The notes under the pieces were generated by a model. It made no database searches. It saw only the letters and a program-made list of their open reading frames with translations, and was not told where the DNA came from. DNA of 63,921 nucleotides, the filler included, from Octopus bimaculoides (lineage: Eukaryota): assembly GCF_001194135.2 (NCBI RefSeq). It is 7 parts of 6 records of this genome, joined end to end, with 100 filler letters (N's around TTAATTAATTAA, not from the genome) between each part and the next. Parts side by side here need not be neighbours in the genome. Positions count along the whole stretch, not along the records: positions 22,103 to 35,893 come from NC_068997.1; positions 35,994 to 41,577 come from NC_068982.1; 5 more parts are not named here. One strand, 5' to 3'. Positions 27,166 through 40,727 of this stretch are shown here, one piece after another (the first letter of the stretch is position 1; each line of letters starts with the position of its first letter). The position numbers were made by a program, and so were the translations under genes.

Positions 27166-27924
27166 GGGGAACTGTTTTGAAGAATTTTAGTCGATATCAG
27201 GACTTGCTTTTTAAGCCTGGTACTTATTCTATCAGTCTCTTCTACCAAGCCCTAAGTTAAGCGGACGTAAACATTACAACACCGGTGGTCAAGCAAAAAA
27301 TGCGTCTATACCAATATTCTTGTTTTTTTTTTGTTTTTTTTTTTACAATAGAACATGCTTAGAATAATTCATTGTTTGGGTTAGTTCATTTTTTCTATTT
27401 TGTATAATTTTTGACTTCCATTGTAGTAGCTGTAGAAGATTTTCAATCCAAAACATCGATGGTTCAAATTCATACAAGACCACTTTTAGTAACCGATTTT
27501 TGTTCAAAAAACAGCCAGCAACTTTAATGGCAGATATTTTTCTTATATTCAGGACTTTCACTTTCCTTACACTTTCGTTCTTTCTTTCCTTTTTTTCTCT
27601 TCCTTCCTTCCTTCTTCCTTTCTTTCTTTCTTTATTTTATAATGCTACTACAACAGTATCTGCTTTTCTGAACTGGCTCGTTGCATACTACTTCTACTAC
27701 ATATTCATCTCTCCTCTTCAGAGGCTGGCATGTGTTTTTTTGTTGTTCTTTTCCCCTTCTTTCCCTAACAATTCTATAAATACCAGAATTATATCGAATT
27801 TCTTCAACTGAATATTTTCTTCATCCACCACCACCACCACCACCACCACCACCGTCGCCGCCGCCGCCGCTGCTGCTGCAGCTGCAGCTGTTGCCACCAT
27901 TTCCGTGACATGGATGATGGTTAC

Positions 27925-28047
27925 CTCTGCGAATGTTTCCTCCTTGTAAATCATTAAACTCGTTGACTGGAGAGGAAGAAACTTCTCTTTTGAGAATTCC
28001 GCCCTTCCATACTCAACCAGCATGTTGGCAGTTTGGATATCACTTGT
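27925..28047 (-). CDS. Candidate 123-nt symmetric (phase 0-0) exon
   Basis: Acceptor ttgaactcaattttaag, donor GAG|gtaacc; only one frame open (TSDIQTANMLVEYGRAEFSKEKFLPLQSTSLMIYKEETFAE). Confidence 0.3.
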
Positions 28048-29249
28048 CTTAAAATTGAGTTCAAATACTAACTAGCTCAACTCAGAATACTGGGTCCCAG
28101 AATACTGATCTTTAATCAAAGATAGAGAGAGGAGGGGAGAAAAAGAGAATGGAGAGAGAGAAAGAAGGAGAGAGAAAGAGAAAGGAGAGAGAGAAAGAGA
28201 AAGAAGAGAGAGAAAGAGAGATCTAAACGACTTAAAGCGCTTCTGCACTCCATGTCTTTAATCCATGGAACACTGAGGTGAATAACACGCAATCCCACAC
28301 ACACACATACACACAAGCACACAAACACTTATATGCAAGCACGTACATACACGCATGCCTACATCCATACATGACATAACGTACGTAGTTTATAAGGTTA
28401 GCCAAATTGATTGCAATTTTCCAATTCTTCTCTTTACACAATAAAGCTGAGATTCAGCTAAATCGTTATAGCAAAATAAAGCTTTGAAAATGGGGTTTAT
28501 TATGACATCAAAGCATACTTTCTCTCAAAGCTTCCCTTCTTCTTGTCACATCCATTCTACATGATGTTCAAAATGAAGAGAATTGAAGAGTTCATCTTCA
28601 ATAAATTCATTTCTTCAATACATTTTATTTTATATTATATTTTTTTCTACGCTCCACTGTTTATCTATGACTTTTTTCTTGATATTCTTTCTTCCCTTTT
28701 TTTGTTTGTTTGTATAACCAATATTATGAAATAGTACGGCAACATTTCATAGTGGAATCCCTTTAGAAATTGACAGTAATGTGATTCTTTCATGTCCAAA
28801 TGAATTTGAATTTTCACTCGGTAGCATTTCTAATGATTCCCCTGACAAAAGGAACGCTATCGTCCCTAAATGAAAGATCGTCTGCTTTTTTGTGGTTCAC
28901 CGTTTTATGATAAACCTTATTTCAATTTTTTTTAAAACAAAATTTATTTTTCATCTTTTACTTGTTTTAGTCATGGGACTGCAGCCATGCTAAGGTACCA
29001 CTTTGAAGGGGTTAGACGAACAAATTGACACCAATATTTGTGTGTGTGCGGGGGTGGGGTGTGTGTGTGTGTGTGCGTACATGTGCGTGCGTGTGTGTTT
29101 GTTTTCTGTTTTGTTTTAAGTTTTGTTTTCTTTTGCCGAACCGCTTGTTACATCGGTTGTCACACGGTAGAGGGAAACAAACACAACGCAGATACAAAGA
29201 TTCATACGCGCGCGCACACACATAAACATACATGTATATATATATATAT

Positions 29250-29294
<45 letters not shown>

Positions 29295-29896
29295 NNNNNN
29301 NNNNNNNNNNNNNNNNNNNNNNNNNNNNNNNNNNNNNNNNNNNNNNNNNNNNNNNNNNNNNNNNNNNNNNNNNNNNNNNNNNNNNNNNNNNNNNNNNNNN
29401 NNNNNNNNNNNNNNNNNNNNNNNNNNNNNNNNNNNNNNNNNNNNNNNNNNNNNNNNNNNNNNNNNNNNNNNNNNNNNNNNNNNNNNNNNNNNNNNNNNNN
29501 NNNNNNNNNNNNNNNNNNNNNNNNNNNNNNNNNNNNNNNNNNNNNNNNNNNNNNNNNNNNNNNNNNNNNNNNNNNNNNNNNNNNNNNNNNNNNNNNNNNN
29601 NNNNNNNNNNNNNNNNNNNNNNNNNNNNNNNNNNNNNNNNNNNNNNNNNNNNNNNNNNNNNNNNNNNNNNNNNNNNNNNNNNNNNNNNNNNNNNNNNNNN
29701 NNNNNNNNNNNNNNNNNNNNNNNNNNNNNNNNNNNNNNNNNNNNNNNNNNNNNNNNNNNNNNNNNNNNNNNNNNNNNNNNNNNNNNNNNNNNNNNNNNNN
29801 NNNNNNNNNNNNNNNNNNNNNNNNNNNNNNNNNNNNNNNNNNNNNNNNNNNNNNNNNNNNNNNNNNNNNNNNNNNNNNNNNNNNNNNNNNNNNNNN

Positions 29897-29949
<53 letters not shown>

Positions 29950-29951
<2 letters not shown>

Positions 29952-30110
29952 GACAAGCTTCTTTCAGTTTCCATCTATCAAATCCACTCGCATGGCGTGT
30001 GTCGGTCCGGCGATATAGTAGAAGAAACTTGCCTAAGGTGTCGCGCTGTTGGACTGAACCCAAGACCACGTGGTTGGGACGCAATCTTCTTACCTACACA
30101 GCTACATCTG
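29950..30110 (-). mobile_element. SINE family A, 5' half
   Basis: Reverse complement of the family A head and body. Confidence 0.8.
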
Positions 30111-31166
30111 TACCCGTCAGCGCCGACTATTTTATCTATTTTTTAAACGTTTCCTTTTCAAACATCCGTGACTATCTAATTGTCTTCCGAAAAGTTTAAA
30201 ATAGCAACTCGAAGTGTAGCTCAAAATAAGGAGAATATTTAGCCATATTGCTTTCATTTTCAATTTTCACAAAGCACCCGGCTAACTCACGCACACATAC
30301 CCCCCCGCCACATATATACTTCCCCAACACACGCGCAAAGAAACACATGCATACAATAACATACATCCAACTATCTGTCCGTCCATCCGTCCGTCCATAG
30401 ATAAGTACTTACATATGTACACACGTATATATACACATAGATACATTACATACGTACATGCATGCATACATACGTACGATGTATGTATGCATGTATTTTC
30501 TACGCATACATACATCCACCCATACATGCATACATACATATACGCACATACATACACACATACGTACATACACATATACATACATGCATACATACACACG
30601 CACACGCATACATACATGCACACATACGCACATGCACACACATACATACATACATACACACATACATACATACATACATACATACATACACACATACATA
30701 ATACATACATACATACATACATACATTCTCTCTCAAATTAGGCACAAATGTTTATATATTTTGTTTATTGGGACAATTACTCAGACACTGTTCTCGGCTG
30801 TCTCATAGGATTTCGTTCAACCTGCAGAGATGGAATATTTCCACTAATAGCTAAAATAGCAAGATATCTCATCTTCATCTAATATAGAGACGAGAGTTAA
30901 CCCCAGAGAATATAAATAAATTATGAACAGCTAAGATAGTTTTATTTTTATTTATTTATTTATTTATTTGGGAAATATACCACAATACACATTATTTGTG
31001 CAGTATGTATATTTTAAAATGTATTCCTACACATGTGTGTGTTTGTGTGTACATATGTATATACATTAGCACACACACGTATGCATGTATGTATGTATGT
31101 ATATATGCATCGGGCAGATCAAAGCCTTGTGAGTGGATTTGGTAGACGGAAACTGGGAGAACCCCG

Positions 31167-31207
<41 letters not shown>

Positions 31208-31653
31208 NNNNNNNNNNNNNNNNNNNNNNNNNNNNNNNNNNNNNNNNNNNNNNNNNNNNNNNNNNNNNNNNNNNNNNNNNNNNNNNNNNNNNNNNNNNNN
31301 NNNNNNNNNNNNNNNNNNNNNNNNNNNNNNNNNNNNNNNNNNNNNNNNNNNNNNNNNNNNNNNNNNNNNNNNNNNNNNNNNNNNNNNNNNNNNNNNNNNN
31401 NNNNNNNNNNNNNNNNNNNNNNNNNNNNNNNNNNNNNNNNNNNNNNNNNNNNNNNNNNNNNNNNNNNNNNNNNNNNNNNNNNNNNNNNNNNNNNNNNNNN
31501 NNNNNNNNNNNNNNNNNNNNNNNNNNNNNNNNNNNNNNNNNNNNNNNNNNNNNNNNNNNNNNNNNNNNNNNNNNNNNNNNNNNNNNNNNNNNNNNNNNNN
31601 NNNNNNNNNNNNNNNNNNNNNATATAGAAACACTCTCACACAACCACCCATTC

Positions 31654-31719
<66 letters not shown>

Positions 31720-31840
31720 ATTCGAATAGACTACAGGACTCGAACTTGCCTGTCAGTTGTGCGATTGATTTCACCAAGTGAAGCCTAAACGTTCTTTGTT
31801 ATCTGTTTTAAGACATACTTGTTAACGTCTTATATGTTTG

Positions 31841-33280
31841 CAGTGGCGTACAATAACTTAATTGCCAAACTAAAAAAAAACAAAAAAAACCAATTTAGCT
31901 TGTAATATCTTCGTGAAAATTATCCAAAATGAACGAAAGATTGTCTCAGTCTTATGTAGACTTTTCTATTAGGCAATATCATAGCTTTCACCTGATTAGG
32001 CATGGACTTGATTAAATTATCAACAGGCTGATCCATGCTTGTACAATCTTCGGCCAATGCATTTTCTGGCTCTGTAATTGTTGTAATTTTGTTCGACTTT
32101 CCTCGTAATCTTCCATCAAGATTATCTTGTATGTGTTCTGGATTAAGATCAGAGCTTTGAGCAACTCTTTTCAGGGATCGATTCCGTGAGTTCTTTGTTT
32201 CTGATGTACTGATTTCAAATTTTGTCTCAAAGGCAGCAATTTTGGGGGCAGGAGATAAGTCCCAATGTTCAACTGGCACTTATTTTATCGACCCCGAATC
32301 GACGAAAGGCAAAGTCGACCTCAGCGGAATTTGAACTCAGAACCTACAGAAGGACGAAATGCCGCTAAACATTTTGCCCGGCGCCCTTACGATTCTGCCA
32401 GCTCACCGCCTTAAGCGCTTGATATATTGTTGTATGGAAACTTTTATATTGAAATAAATGATAGACACTTTTCGCGTATGTGGCTGTATTTTGGCCTTAT
32501 AAATGATTTTCAATTCTAGTTTGCCGATCGCCGAAACTAACCCATCACTTTCCGTACCATAACTCCAACCATTCCATGTACAATTGTTCCCTGTGAACAA
32601 CGTGGTGTCCATGTTTATTTTGTGTGTGTGTCACGCGTATACCTACTTTGAACTGGAAATTTTAGCAGTTTGCTTTCGTTGGATCAAATTACTGATTACC
32701 AAAACTGTTTTCCCTTGCTGCAGAACTCTTTAGTCCAACTAAATCTTTCGGTTTTATTAACTTTTAAAAATCATCCATTTCTTCCTTCTAACTCTTCGTT
32801 CATATCCAATGCGTTTCATTAGTGTTCTTAAGCAATATGGTGACGTATCCATGATTTGCGGTCTTATTGTTAATAGTTGATGGTTAAAAACATCCCCTTT
32901 TGCTGCTCACTTCTCCCTCTTCGAAAACGTTATGCAGCCTCCCAGATCTCATTCATTACTCGGCAATGCTTTTTTCAATCCACATCTTGACTGTGTTATT
33001 CACTGTTTGGTGACTGATACCGATAAATCGAACTATTTGCTGATTGAACAATGTGTGTCGGATACGGTCGATGACTTGCCTGCGTGCAAATTCATCGATT
33101 TTTTTTACCCCAAAGATTTTCCGCAATGAATTTGATCAAATTAACGTTACAAGTAATCCCAACACACAATTAAATTAATGAATTCGTTAATGTACCTAGC
33201 AAAGAAGAGAAAACATAGCTTATGAGGAAAAAATCCGGAAAAAATCAGTGATTAAAGTAAGCTCTTTTTGTAGACCACTG
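31841..33280 (-). mobile_element. Old full-span Tc1 transposon, heavily decayed, with a nested family B SINE (32232-32412)
   Basis: TIRs CAGTGG(C/T)(G/C)TACAA at both ends; minus-strand motifs in order: KIDEFARRQVI..GISHQTVNNTVK..RSGR, IGYERRVRRKK, VHGMVGVMV, QSSDLNPEH..DNLIKSMPNQVKAMI. Confidence 0.8.
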
Positions 33281-33594
33281 CATATATCCATGCATGTACT
33301 AAGCCTAGTACTTATTCATGCATTTATGTTCTCTTTCTCTTTTAAATTTAGAGTAAATTTTGACTGGCTGCCTACTTGGAAGGTTGTAAAGGAAAGCATC
33401 TTGTTTTAACCATCATCCTTTAAATCTCAAGAAGGGCTTGCGAATTTCTATTGTCCTAGATAACGTGATCATTTGTAGTGTATGGATTATGTATTTGCGT
33501 TCTCTTCTCAAGATCCCAAGTTCAGCCATATTTCATTTCAGACTGATGTGCGTGCGTGCATGCGTGCGTGCGTGCGTGCGTGCGTGTGTGTGAA

Positions 33595-34720
33595 CATCCA
33601 CCTCATTGCCTTTCATCCTTTCGAGGTCGATAAATTAAGTACCAGTTGCGTACTGGGGTCGATCTAATCGACTGGCCCCTTCCCCCCAAATTTCGGGCAT
33701 TGTACCTAGAGTAGAAAAAGAAACGTTAGCACACCAGGCGAAATGCTTAGCAGCATTTCGTCTGTCTCTACGTTCTGAGTTCAAATCCCGCCAAGGTCAA
33801 CTTTACCTTTCATCTCTTCCGGTTCGATGAAAATAAAGCACCAATCAAGTGTTGGGGGAGGGGTCAGTGTGATCGACTTCTCCCCTTCCTTCCCCTCAAA
33901 ATTTCTAGCTTTGCACCCTCCAATAGACCAGCATCCTGTTAAGGCGAACGCTGTGATCTCGGTCAGAAAAACACCACTGAAACATCGGGTAACAGTCCGA
34001 ATAAGTACTTGGGCTCAAGAATNNNNNNNNNNNNNNNNNNNNNNNNNNNNNNNNNNNNNNNNNNNNNNNNNNNNNNNNNNNNNNNNNNNNNNNNNNNNNN
34101 NNNNNNNNNNNNNNNNNNNNNNNNNNNNNNNNNNNNNNNNNNNNNNNNNNNNNNNNNNNNNNNNNNNNNNNNNNNNNNNNNNNNNNNNNNNGGGAGGGGG
34201 GCAAAGTGCTGGCAGAATAGTTAGCATCTTTAACATAGTTCTTACAGGCATTTCTTTATGTTCTGAGTTCAAATCCCGCCAAGGTCAACTTTACCTTTCA
34301 TCTCTTCCGGTTCGATGAAAATAAAGCACCAATCAAGTGTTGGGGGAGGGGTCAGTGTGATCGACTTCTCCCCTTCCTTCCCCTCAAAATTTCTAGCTTT
34401 GCACCCTCCAATAGACCAGCATCCTGTTAAGGCGAACGCTGTGATCTCGGTCAGAAAAACACCACTGAAACATCGGGTAACAGTCCGAATAAGTACTTGG
34501 GCTCAAGAATTAAAAAAAGTACGTATATATGCATGTAGAAGGCTGCGAGCTGGTAGAATCCTTAAGTATGCCGGGCGAAATGCTTAGCTGTATTTCGTCC
34601 GTCTTTACGTCCTGAATTCAAATTTCTCCAAAGCCGACTTTGCATTTCATCTTTTCAGGGTCGATACGGTAAATATCAGTTTAACACAGGTCGATGTAAT
34701 CGACTTAAATTCTCCTTCGT
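33595..34720 (+). mobile_element. Cluster of family B SINEs
   Basis: Copies at about 33595-33720, 33725-33920, 34195-34410 and 34535-34720. Confidence 0.8.
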
Positions 34721-35415
34721 AAGAGTATTAAAAACCGCATCTCTCTGCCTAGTTATGCCGAACTAATGTGGCAGAGTAGGCTCATCAAACCAGTATTATC
34801 TCAACTGTGGTTGATGAAGCGAACATGCTGAGGCCTTCGTCGTGCAGTAGGCAGTCCAATGCAGTCCAATCGAATGTATACATGTATGAATGTTTGTTTT
34901 AGTTTTCTTTCTAATTTAAGAGGGTAAATTCCAATTCATTAAACGATTTCTTATTGTCAGCGGCATCAGTACATCACTACCCAAATTATCTAAATTCATG
35001 CTATCAGAACATTTCAGTTAGTTTCTCTTACGTCACAGTTTTTCATTCTGTTTTGATCAAAGCAGCAAACTTAAGAAGAATATGGTGAACTGATGGAATC
35101 TTATAGACAAAATATTTTTCTAGTTGTCACCTTGCAAGCTTTCAAACAAATGATTTTACCCCACGAAGCAGGAGAATTAGATTTTCCTGTGAAATTGAGC
35201 AATTGTCACTAAATTTCTTGAAATTAACTATATTACTTTTTCTCTTTTTCTTTGTTTTCTCTGCCCAAGATTATACATACCTGTGCGTGTGTATTATATA
35301 TATTATATCTATCTATTTTTGCATGTGTATATGTATATACATATATATATATATATACACACACACATAAGAGATATTCTTATATACATGTTCCTATACA
35401 TAATATACATATATA

Positions 35416-35446
<31 letters not shown>

Positions 35447-35471
35447 ATGTATGTATGTATATATATGTATG

Positions 35472-35542
<71 letters not shown>

Positions 35543-36864
35543 TATGTATGTATGTATACGCACAAGCACAAACATATACATACAGACACACAAAGGCATA
35601 TATGTAGGGGATGAGAGAAAGAGAGAGAGAGAATGAGAGAGGGAAAGAGAGAGAAAGAACAAGTGAGAAAGAGGAAGAAGGGATTCTGTGTATGAAACAG
35701 ATCGATTGTATTGTGGAAGAAAACCGTTTCCTTTGCCATTAAGGACGTACTTAGTGTACTTGGAATGTTCTCTTCTGATCACTTCAAAGTATATAGAGCG
35801 GCATTGAGTGGGCTGTTACTGGATTGACTGTTTGGATTGGACACTTTCAGATACGTTTTATATATGTGTATGCTTATATATATATATATATATNNNNNNN
35901 NNNNNNNNNNNNNNNNNNNNNNNNNNNNNNNNNNNNNTTAATTAATTAANNNNNNNNNNNNNNNNNNNNNNNNNNNNNNNNNNNNNNNNNNNNTATATAT
36001 ATACGACGGACTTCTTTCAGTTTCCGTCAAGCATGTCCACTCACAAGGCTTTAGTTGAACACACATGTAGAAAGAGACATGCAGTGGTTGGGAAGCAAAC
36101 CTCTTACCACTCACCTCCGCCATCCTCAGCCTATGAATATAATAACTATTTTACAAAATGTCGTATCTTTGGTGTTGGTTTAACTAACCAGTGAATTTAC
36201 AAAATGATTACTGCCAAAACTCTATTAGCAGGAACTTGGATGCGTAATCAGGTGGCTGTTTCTATCGTATATATGCATGCAGCTTCTCCTTATATAAGCG
36301 TTGATAACTTTTGTCTTTTCGTTACGCGTAATGAAATTCCTAACTGAATAAGGGAGCAGGTCGTCTCAAAATAGATAACAGAAGCGAATTCATAGTAACT
36401 GGGTATTTTTTTAATACATAGGACTGCTTTCTTCAGTAAAAAAGAAAGAAAGAAGAAACAAAACAAAAATGTCATTTATCTTGGGGAGAAAATATCATTT
36501 CTTTCCGAAATAACATCAATTTGAGGACTGCAATATTTCATTCTATATTTACAGTATTTCATTCCATACCCAACTCTCCAGGGCCGAGAACTTTTCAATC
36601 AATTATATATATTGGCGCAGAAAATCGTACATCTTGAGATAGCGATGAAATGGGATTACATATTTATATAAGTGCTTGTGTGTGCGTACGTCTGTACGTA
36701 TATATCTTGATACTTTGATCGTACATATATATGTGCATAGCTATATAATATATACATACACAAACGCACGCACGCACACATAAACACGCACATATATATG
36801 TGTGTGTGTATGCATGTATATACATATACATATGTACATATATATATTCATACATATATATATA

Positions 36865-36902
<38 letters not shown>

Positions 36903-36913
36903 TATATACATGC

Positions 36914-36949
<36 letters not shown>

Positions 36950-36950
36950 G

Positions 36951-36982
<32 letters not shown>

Positions 36983-37619
36983 TGTATGTATGTACGTACG
37001 TATTATGTATAGATTTACTCTAATGACTGAGAAAACCGCACGCTATTTGTATTAAAGAATAATAATTTTGAGATTGTCAGTTTAGAATTTTCTTTTCCTT
37101 CATCAATAGTTACCTATATAAAATATTGTCTTTGCTCTTTTTTTTTTCCGATTCTTTTGAGCTCATTTTCTCCGTTCACCATGTATGAATTTAGTATATC
37201 ATACAAACGTACATATGTAAATATATTTGCGTATAATTCTAAATATCGCTAGACGTCTTGTATATATGTACTTATCTCATGAATATATTCAGTTATATTT
37301 AGCTATACACATCTGTATATATATCTATGTGCATCTATATGTGTATATCTGTATATGCATAATTATTTATATGAAATCTGATCCTGTATATGTGGTTCTC
37401 CATATCAGATTTCTCATGTTATCACGTGGATCTAATCTTCGATTAAGACCTCGTAGTTTATATTCAAATAATTTGAGTACTGGCACGTATCATCTATATT
37501 GAGCAACTCTAGCTCTGACCTTTTGACTGTATGTAGTTATGTGCGTACGTACGTATATATGTACGTATGTATTATGTTTGCGTGTAGATGTGTGTTAAAC
37601 AAGCCAGACACGTTATATT

Positions 37620-38030
37620 CAATTTGGTCTTCCTGCCTATCCTCACTTGTGGTCATAAATGTTGGGTAATGACCGAAAGATTAACATAGCGAATACAAGA
37701 GGCCAAAACTGGACTCCTTGGATGGATCTCTGGAGTGACGTTACTCGATAGGGTACGCAGATCCGAGATCAGGGTACTTCCCCTAGTCGAGTCGCGATTT
37801 TTATACTTTGAGAGGATAGATACCTAACACTATAGACATGTGATTAGAATGTCACAGGAAGGAACCACAAGACGTTTCCTTCAAGCAGGAGAACTAGAGG
37901 TAGATAATATCCATGGTCTCTGTTGGATACGATCAGAAATCAACCGGAAAGTTTAAAGCTGACTGCTTATAGAGGAGGTGCCTGATGACTCTACTCCCAG
38001 GAATAAAGCGTAGAAGAGATGGATGGTTGT
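37620..38030 (+). mobile_element. RTE-clade LINE ORF C-terminal fragment, decayed
   Basis: LPILTCGHKCWVMTERLT*RIQEAKTGLLGWISGVTLLDRVRRSEIR...HVIRMSQE matches the RTE post-RT region. Confidence 0.8.
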
Positions 38031-38035
38031 AGGTT

Positions 38036-38067
<32 letters not shown>

Positions 38068-38469
38068 TGTATGTATGTATGTATGTATGTGAGACGTTGA
38101 AAATTCTGTACAATTATATTTGACACGATTGTGTAGACTCAAGGTGGGAAAAAAACGTTGCCCAGTAATTGTCCCAGAGAACATATCCTCCTTACAGTCC
38201 ACATGTACTAAAGCATACCGAGCGTGGTTCTGAACAATGTCATCGGATTGTAAGGCACATGTTTCTGCTTGGTTAGACTTCAACAGTTACGAATGCGGCT
38301 CCAATCAGTCATAGCCCAGTAAGAACTTCCGTTCCTAAACACCAAAATATGCATTTGCAAATAATGCGTTTGCTGCTGAGATTGCAGGTGACAGATTAGA
38401 TTTCAGTTGTTCTTCATTCTCCTCCGCACGCTCCCTTCATTCTTCATAGTCTGCAAGACTGACAGCTGT

Positions 38470-38700
38470 CATTTCTTGATACATACTGAAACCCCCTTCG
38501 GTCATGACTGACCATGGGATTGCACCTAGAAATTTGCCCTCCCAAGCACAAGTCCGGGCAAAGTTGTTTATGGAAGGCCAGCAGTCGCCCATGCATACTG
38601 GCCTCCCCTCTCCACGCCACCAGTGTAAGGCAAAGGCCGATACAGCTTGGCACCTGTGACGTCGTGACTCATTTCTACAGATGAGTGAACTGATATATAC
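38470..38700 (+). mobile_element. Retroposon remnant (RTE-related or SINE segment)
   Basis: ggccagcagtcgcccatgcatactggcctcccctctccacgcc...gatacagcttggcacc...ctcatttctacag; recalled as a common octopus repeat, not verified. Confidence 0.45.
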
Positions 38701-38888
38701 ATACTGATTTCTTGATACATACATACATACATACATACAGACAGACATACATGCATACACACACATGCATACATACGGTGATAGATTGTCATTTCAATTA
38801 TATTTACTAACAATATCTACCGTTGGTTCTGCGTAAATTCTGTTTTTTTCTAATCATGGTAAAGCATAATGAATAGGATTTAAAACAT

Positions 38889-39100
38889 TCTTTTCTACTC
38901 TAGGCACAAGGCCCGAAATTTTGGGGGGAAGGAGCCAGGCGATTAGATTGACCCAGCAACTGGTACTTGATTTATCGACCCCGAAAAGATGAAAGGCAAG
39001 GTCGACCTCGGCGGAATTTGAAATCAGAACGTAGCAATGGGCGAAATACCGCTCATCATTTCGTACAGCGCGCTAACGCTTCTACCAACTCGCCGTCTTC
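38889..39100 (-). mobile_element. Full family B SINE with 16-bp TSD
   Basis: TSD ataggatttaaaacat at 38873-38888 and 39101-39116. Confidence 0.9.
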
Positions 39101-39707
39101 ATAGGATTTAAAACATGAAAGAAAGACATTCCAACCGCGGGATTCTCGTTGTGTGTATATTGTGAAATATGTGTGTGGGTGTGGGTGTCAGTTTGTGCTG
39201 TACTATATTGGTGTGTGAATGTGTGTGTCTGAGTGTGTGTGTTTGTGTGTGTGTGCACTTGTCTTTCTGCGTGTGTATCTTGATATATATTGTTTAATAT
39301 AGTCCATATTTAAAAGAGTAGCATGTAAACCGCGAGAGATTTTGCTACTGTTTTCAGCGGGTTGAGTGACCTTATATAACAGCTATTATTAATCAATATT
39401 TCTCCTTCTCATTCCCGTTTCCTCTCCCCAACTCCATCGGTTTTACACTTAATTTTGCACATTTTCATTGTAGGTTGTTGAACTAACAAATCCTTCCTCT
39501 GCAAAGTGGTCGCCTTGAGAGTTAGTGTGAAACATATTTAGGAAAGGTGATGATAGATGTACATTCTGTTTTTTACCCCAGGAGGGTCGATACGCCTATG
39601 ATAATTAAAGCGTGTAGTGTTTGCCTTTATACAACAAAACTTGCTTCGAGAAACGAATTCACATAAAAAGTCTTGTAAACCAAATAGAAAATCGAAGCAC
39701 ATTTTAT

Positions 39708-40520
39708 TTATTACCTCAGCCTTAGCGAAGGCGGAGGTATTGTTTTCAGTCATGTTTGTTTGCTTGTTTGTTTGACCGTCGACACGATGAAACTTTCAGG
39801 GATGTTTGGCCTCGTGACTGGCACGAACAGATTAGATATTGTGATCGATTTTTTTTTATTACCCATAATTACAACACATAATTACAACACATAAAGACAA
39901 TACAAACGCGACAAACACAAACTCGAGGAACTAAAAATACAAAACGAAGATGAAATCAGAAGAAAAACTAAAATAACGAATGGCAATATGAAAGAATGAA
40001 AAAATGAGAAATGGAAGTGATGTTACCTGCCCCTTCAAGTAACATCACTGACTTGCTTTTACACCTGTCCTCCATAATATCTATACCATATCGTGTTTTT
40101 AGTTCTTCGTATCCTATTTCTTTCGGTAATTTGTCCATATTATGATTCACCTTCCATACCTCAAAATCATCGAATTTTAAAAATTTGATTAACTGTTTTT
40201 CTGTTATCAATATCACTGTAATTTCTCCATACTCGTCGTCGTTAACGTCCACATAGACTGTATCTTCCCATTTCTCCACTATCTCACGCAGTTCTTTCTC
40301 TTTTTAGATATTGTGATCGATCCGATACCGGACAAGAATTCTGGATTATTTTTCCTGTTTTTTTTTTTTTACTTAATTTTCGAGAGCGGCCAGTTTCATT
40401 TTTAGTACTCTCGTTTGTGAGAACAGTCGAGTATTTCAGATATTCTCCTTTAAAAATCATCTCTGGCTAATCATTGAGAGGACGTTGGTGTTGCCTTGGC
40501 GGAGGTTTGCACTCTCTGCA
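39708..40520 (+). mobile_element. Helentron-type non-autonomous element (HINE/DINE-1-like), interrupted by a retrocopy
   Basis: 5' palindrome acctcagccttagcgaaggcggaggt, (GTTT)n tract, 3' subterminal repeat ggcggaggt followed by ttgcactct. Confidence 0.7.
39850..40303 (-). pseudogene. 5'-truncated polyA-tailed retrocopy of an unrecognised ORF
   Basis: TSD ttagatattgtgatcgat at 39832-39849 and 40304-40321; ORF open from the junction to the stop at 39968; about 110-nt 3' UTR; taataaaaaaaaa tail. Confidence 0.8.
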
Positions 40521-40670
40521 TACATTTGTTTTATTTTAAAATACAATCAATTCTGTTTTGTTATAATTCCGTCATAAAGACCGAGCGCTTATTAAGCATT
40601 TGAAAGATTCAAATGAATACCGCTCAACATGTAAAGATTCTTCATACGAAAAGGTAAATATGTAAACACG

Positions 40671-40727
<57 letters not shown>

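Noticed and set aside
28740-28875. Frame ATFHSGIPLEIDSNVILSCPNEFEFSLG with a faint sushi-domain look
   Set aside because: Weak splice sites, missing cysteine pattern and a stop soon after.
30805-30900. FPLIAKIARYL resembling the hAT dimerisation domain
   Set aside because: About 11 residues with stops and frameshifts and no other hAT features; too weak to call.
32403-32612. Protein-like ORF with a plausible splice acceptor
   Set aside because: It lies within the Tc1 element, and an alternative frame gives the Tc1 VHGxxxVMV motif.
33773-34511. Identical 250-bp direct duplication (33773-34022 and 34260-34511)
   Set aside because: It straddles an N gap and is apparently 100% identical, so it is most likely unmerged contig ends or haplotypes.
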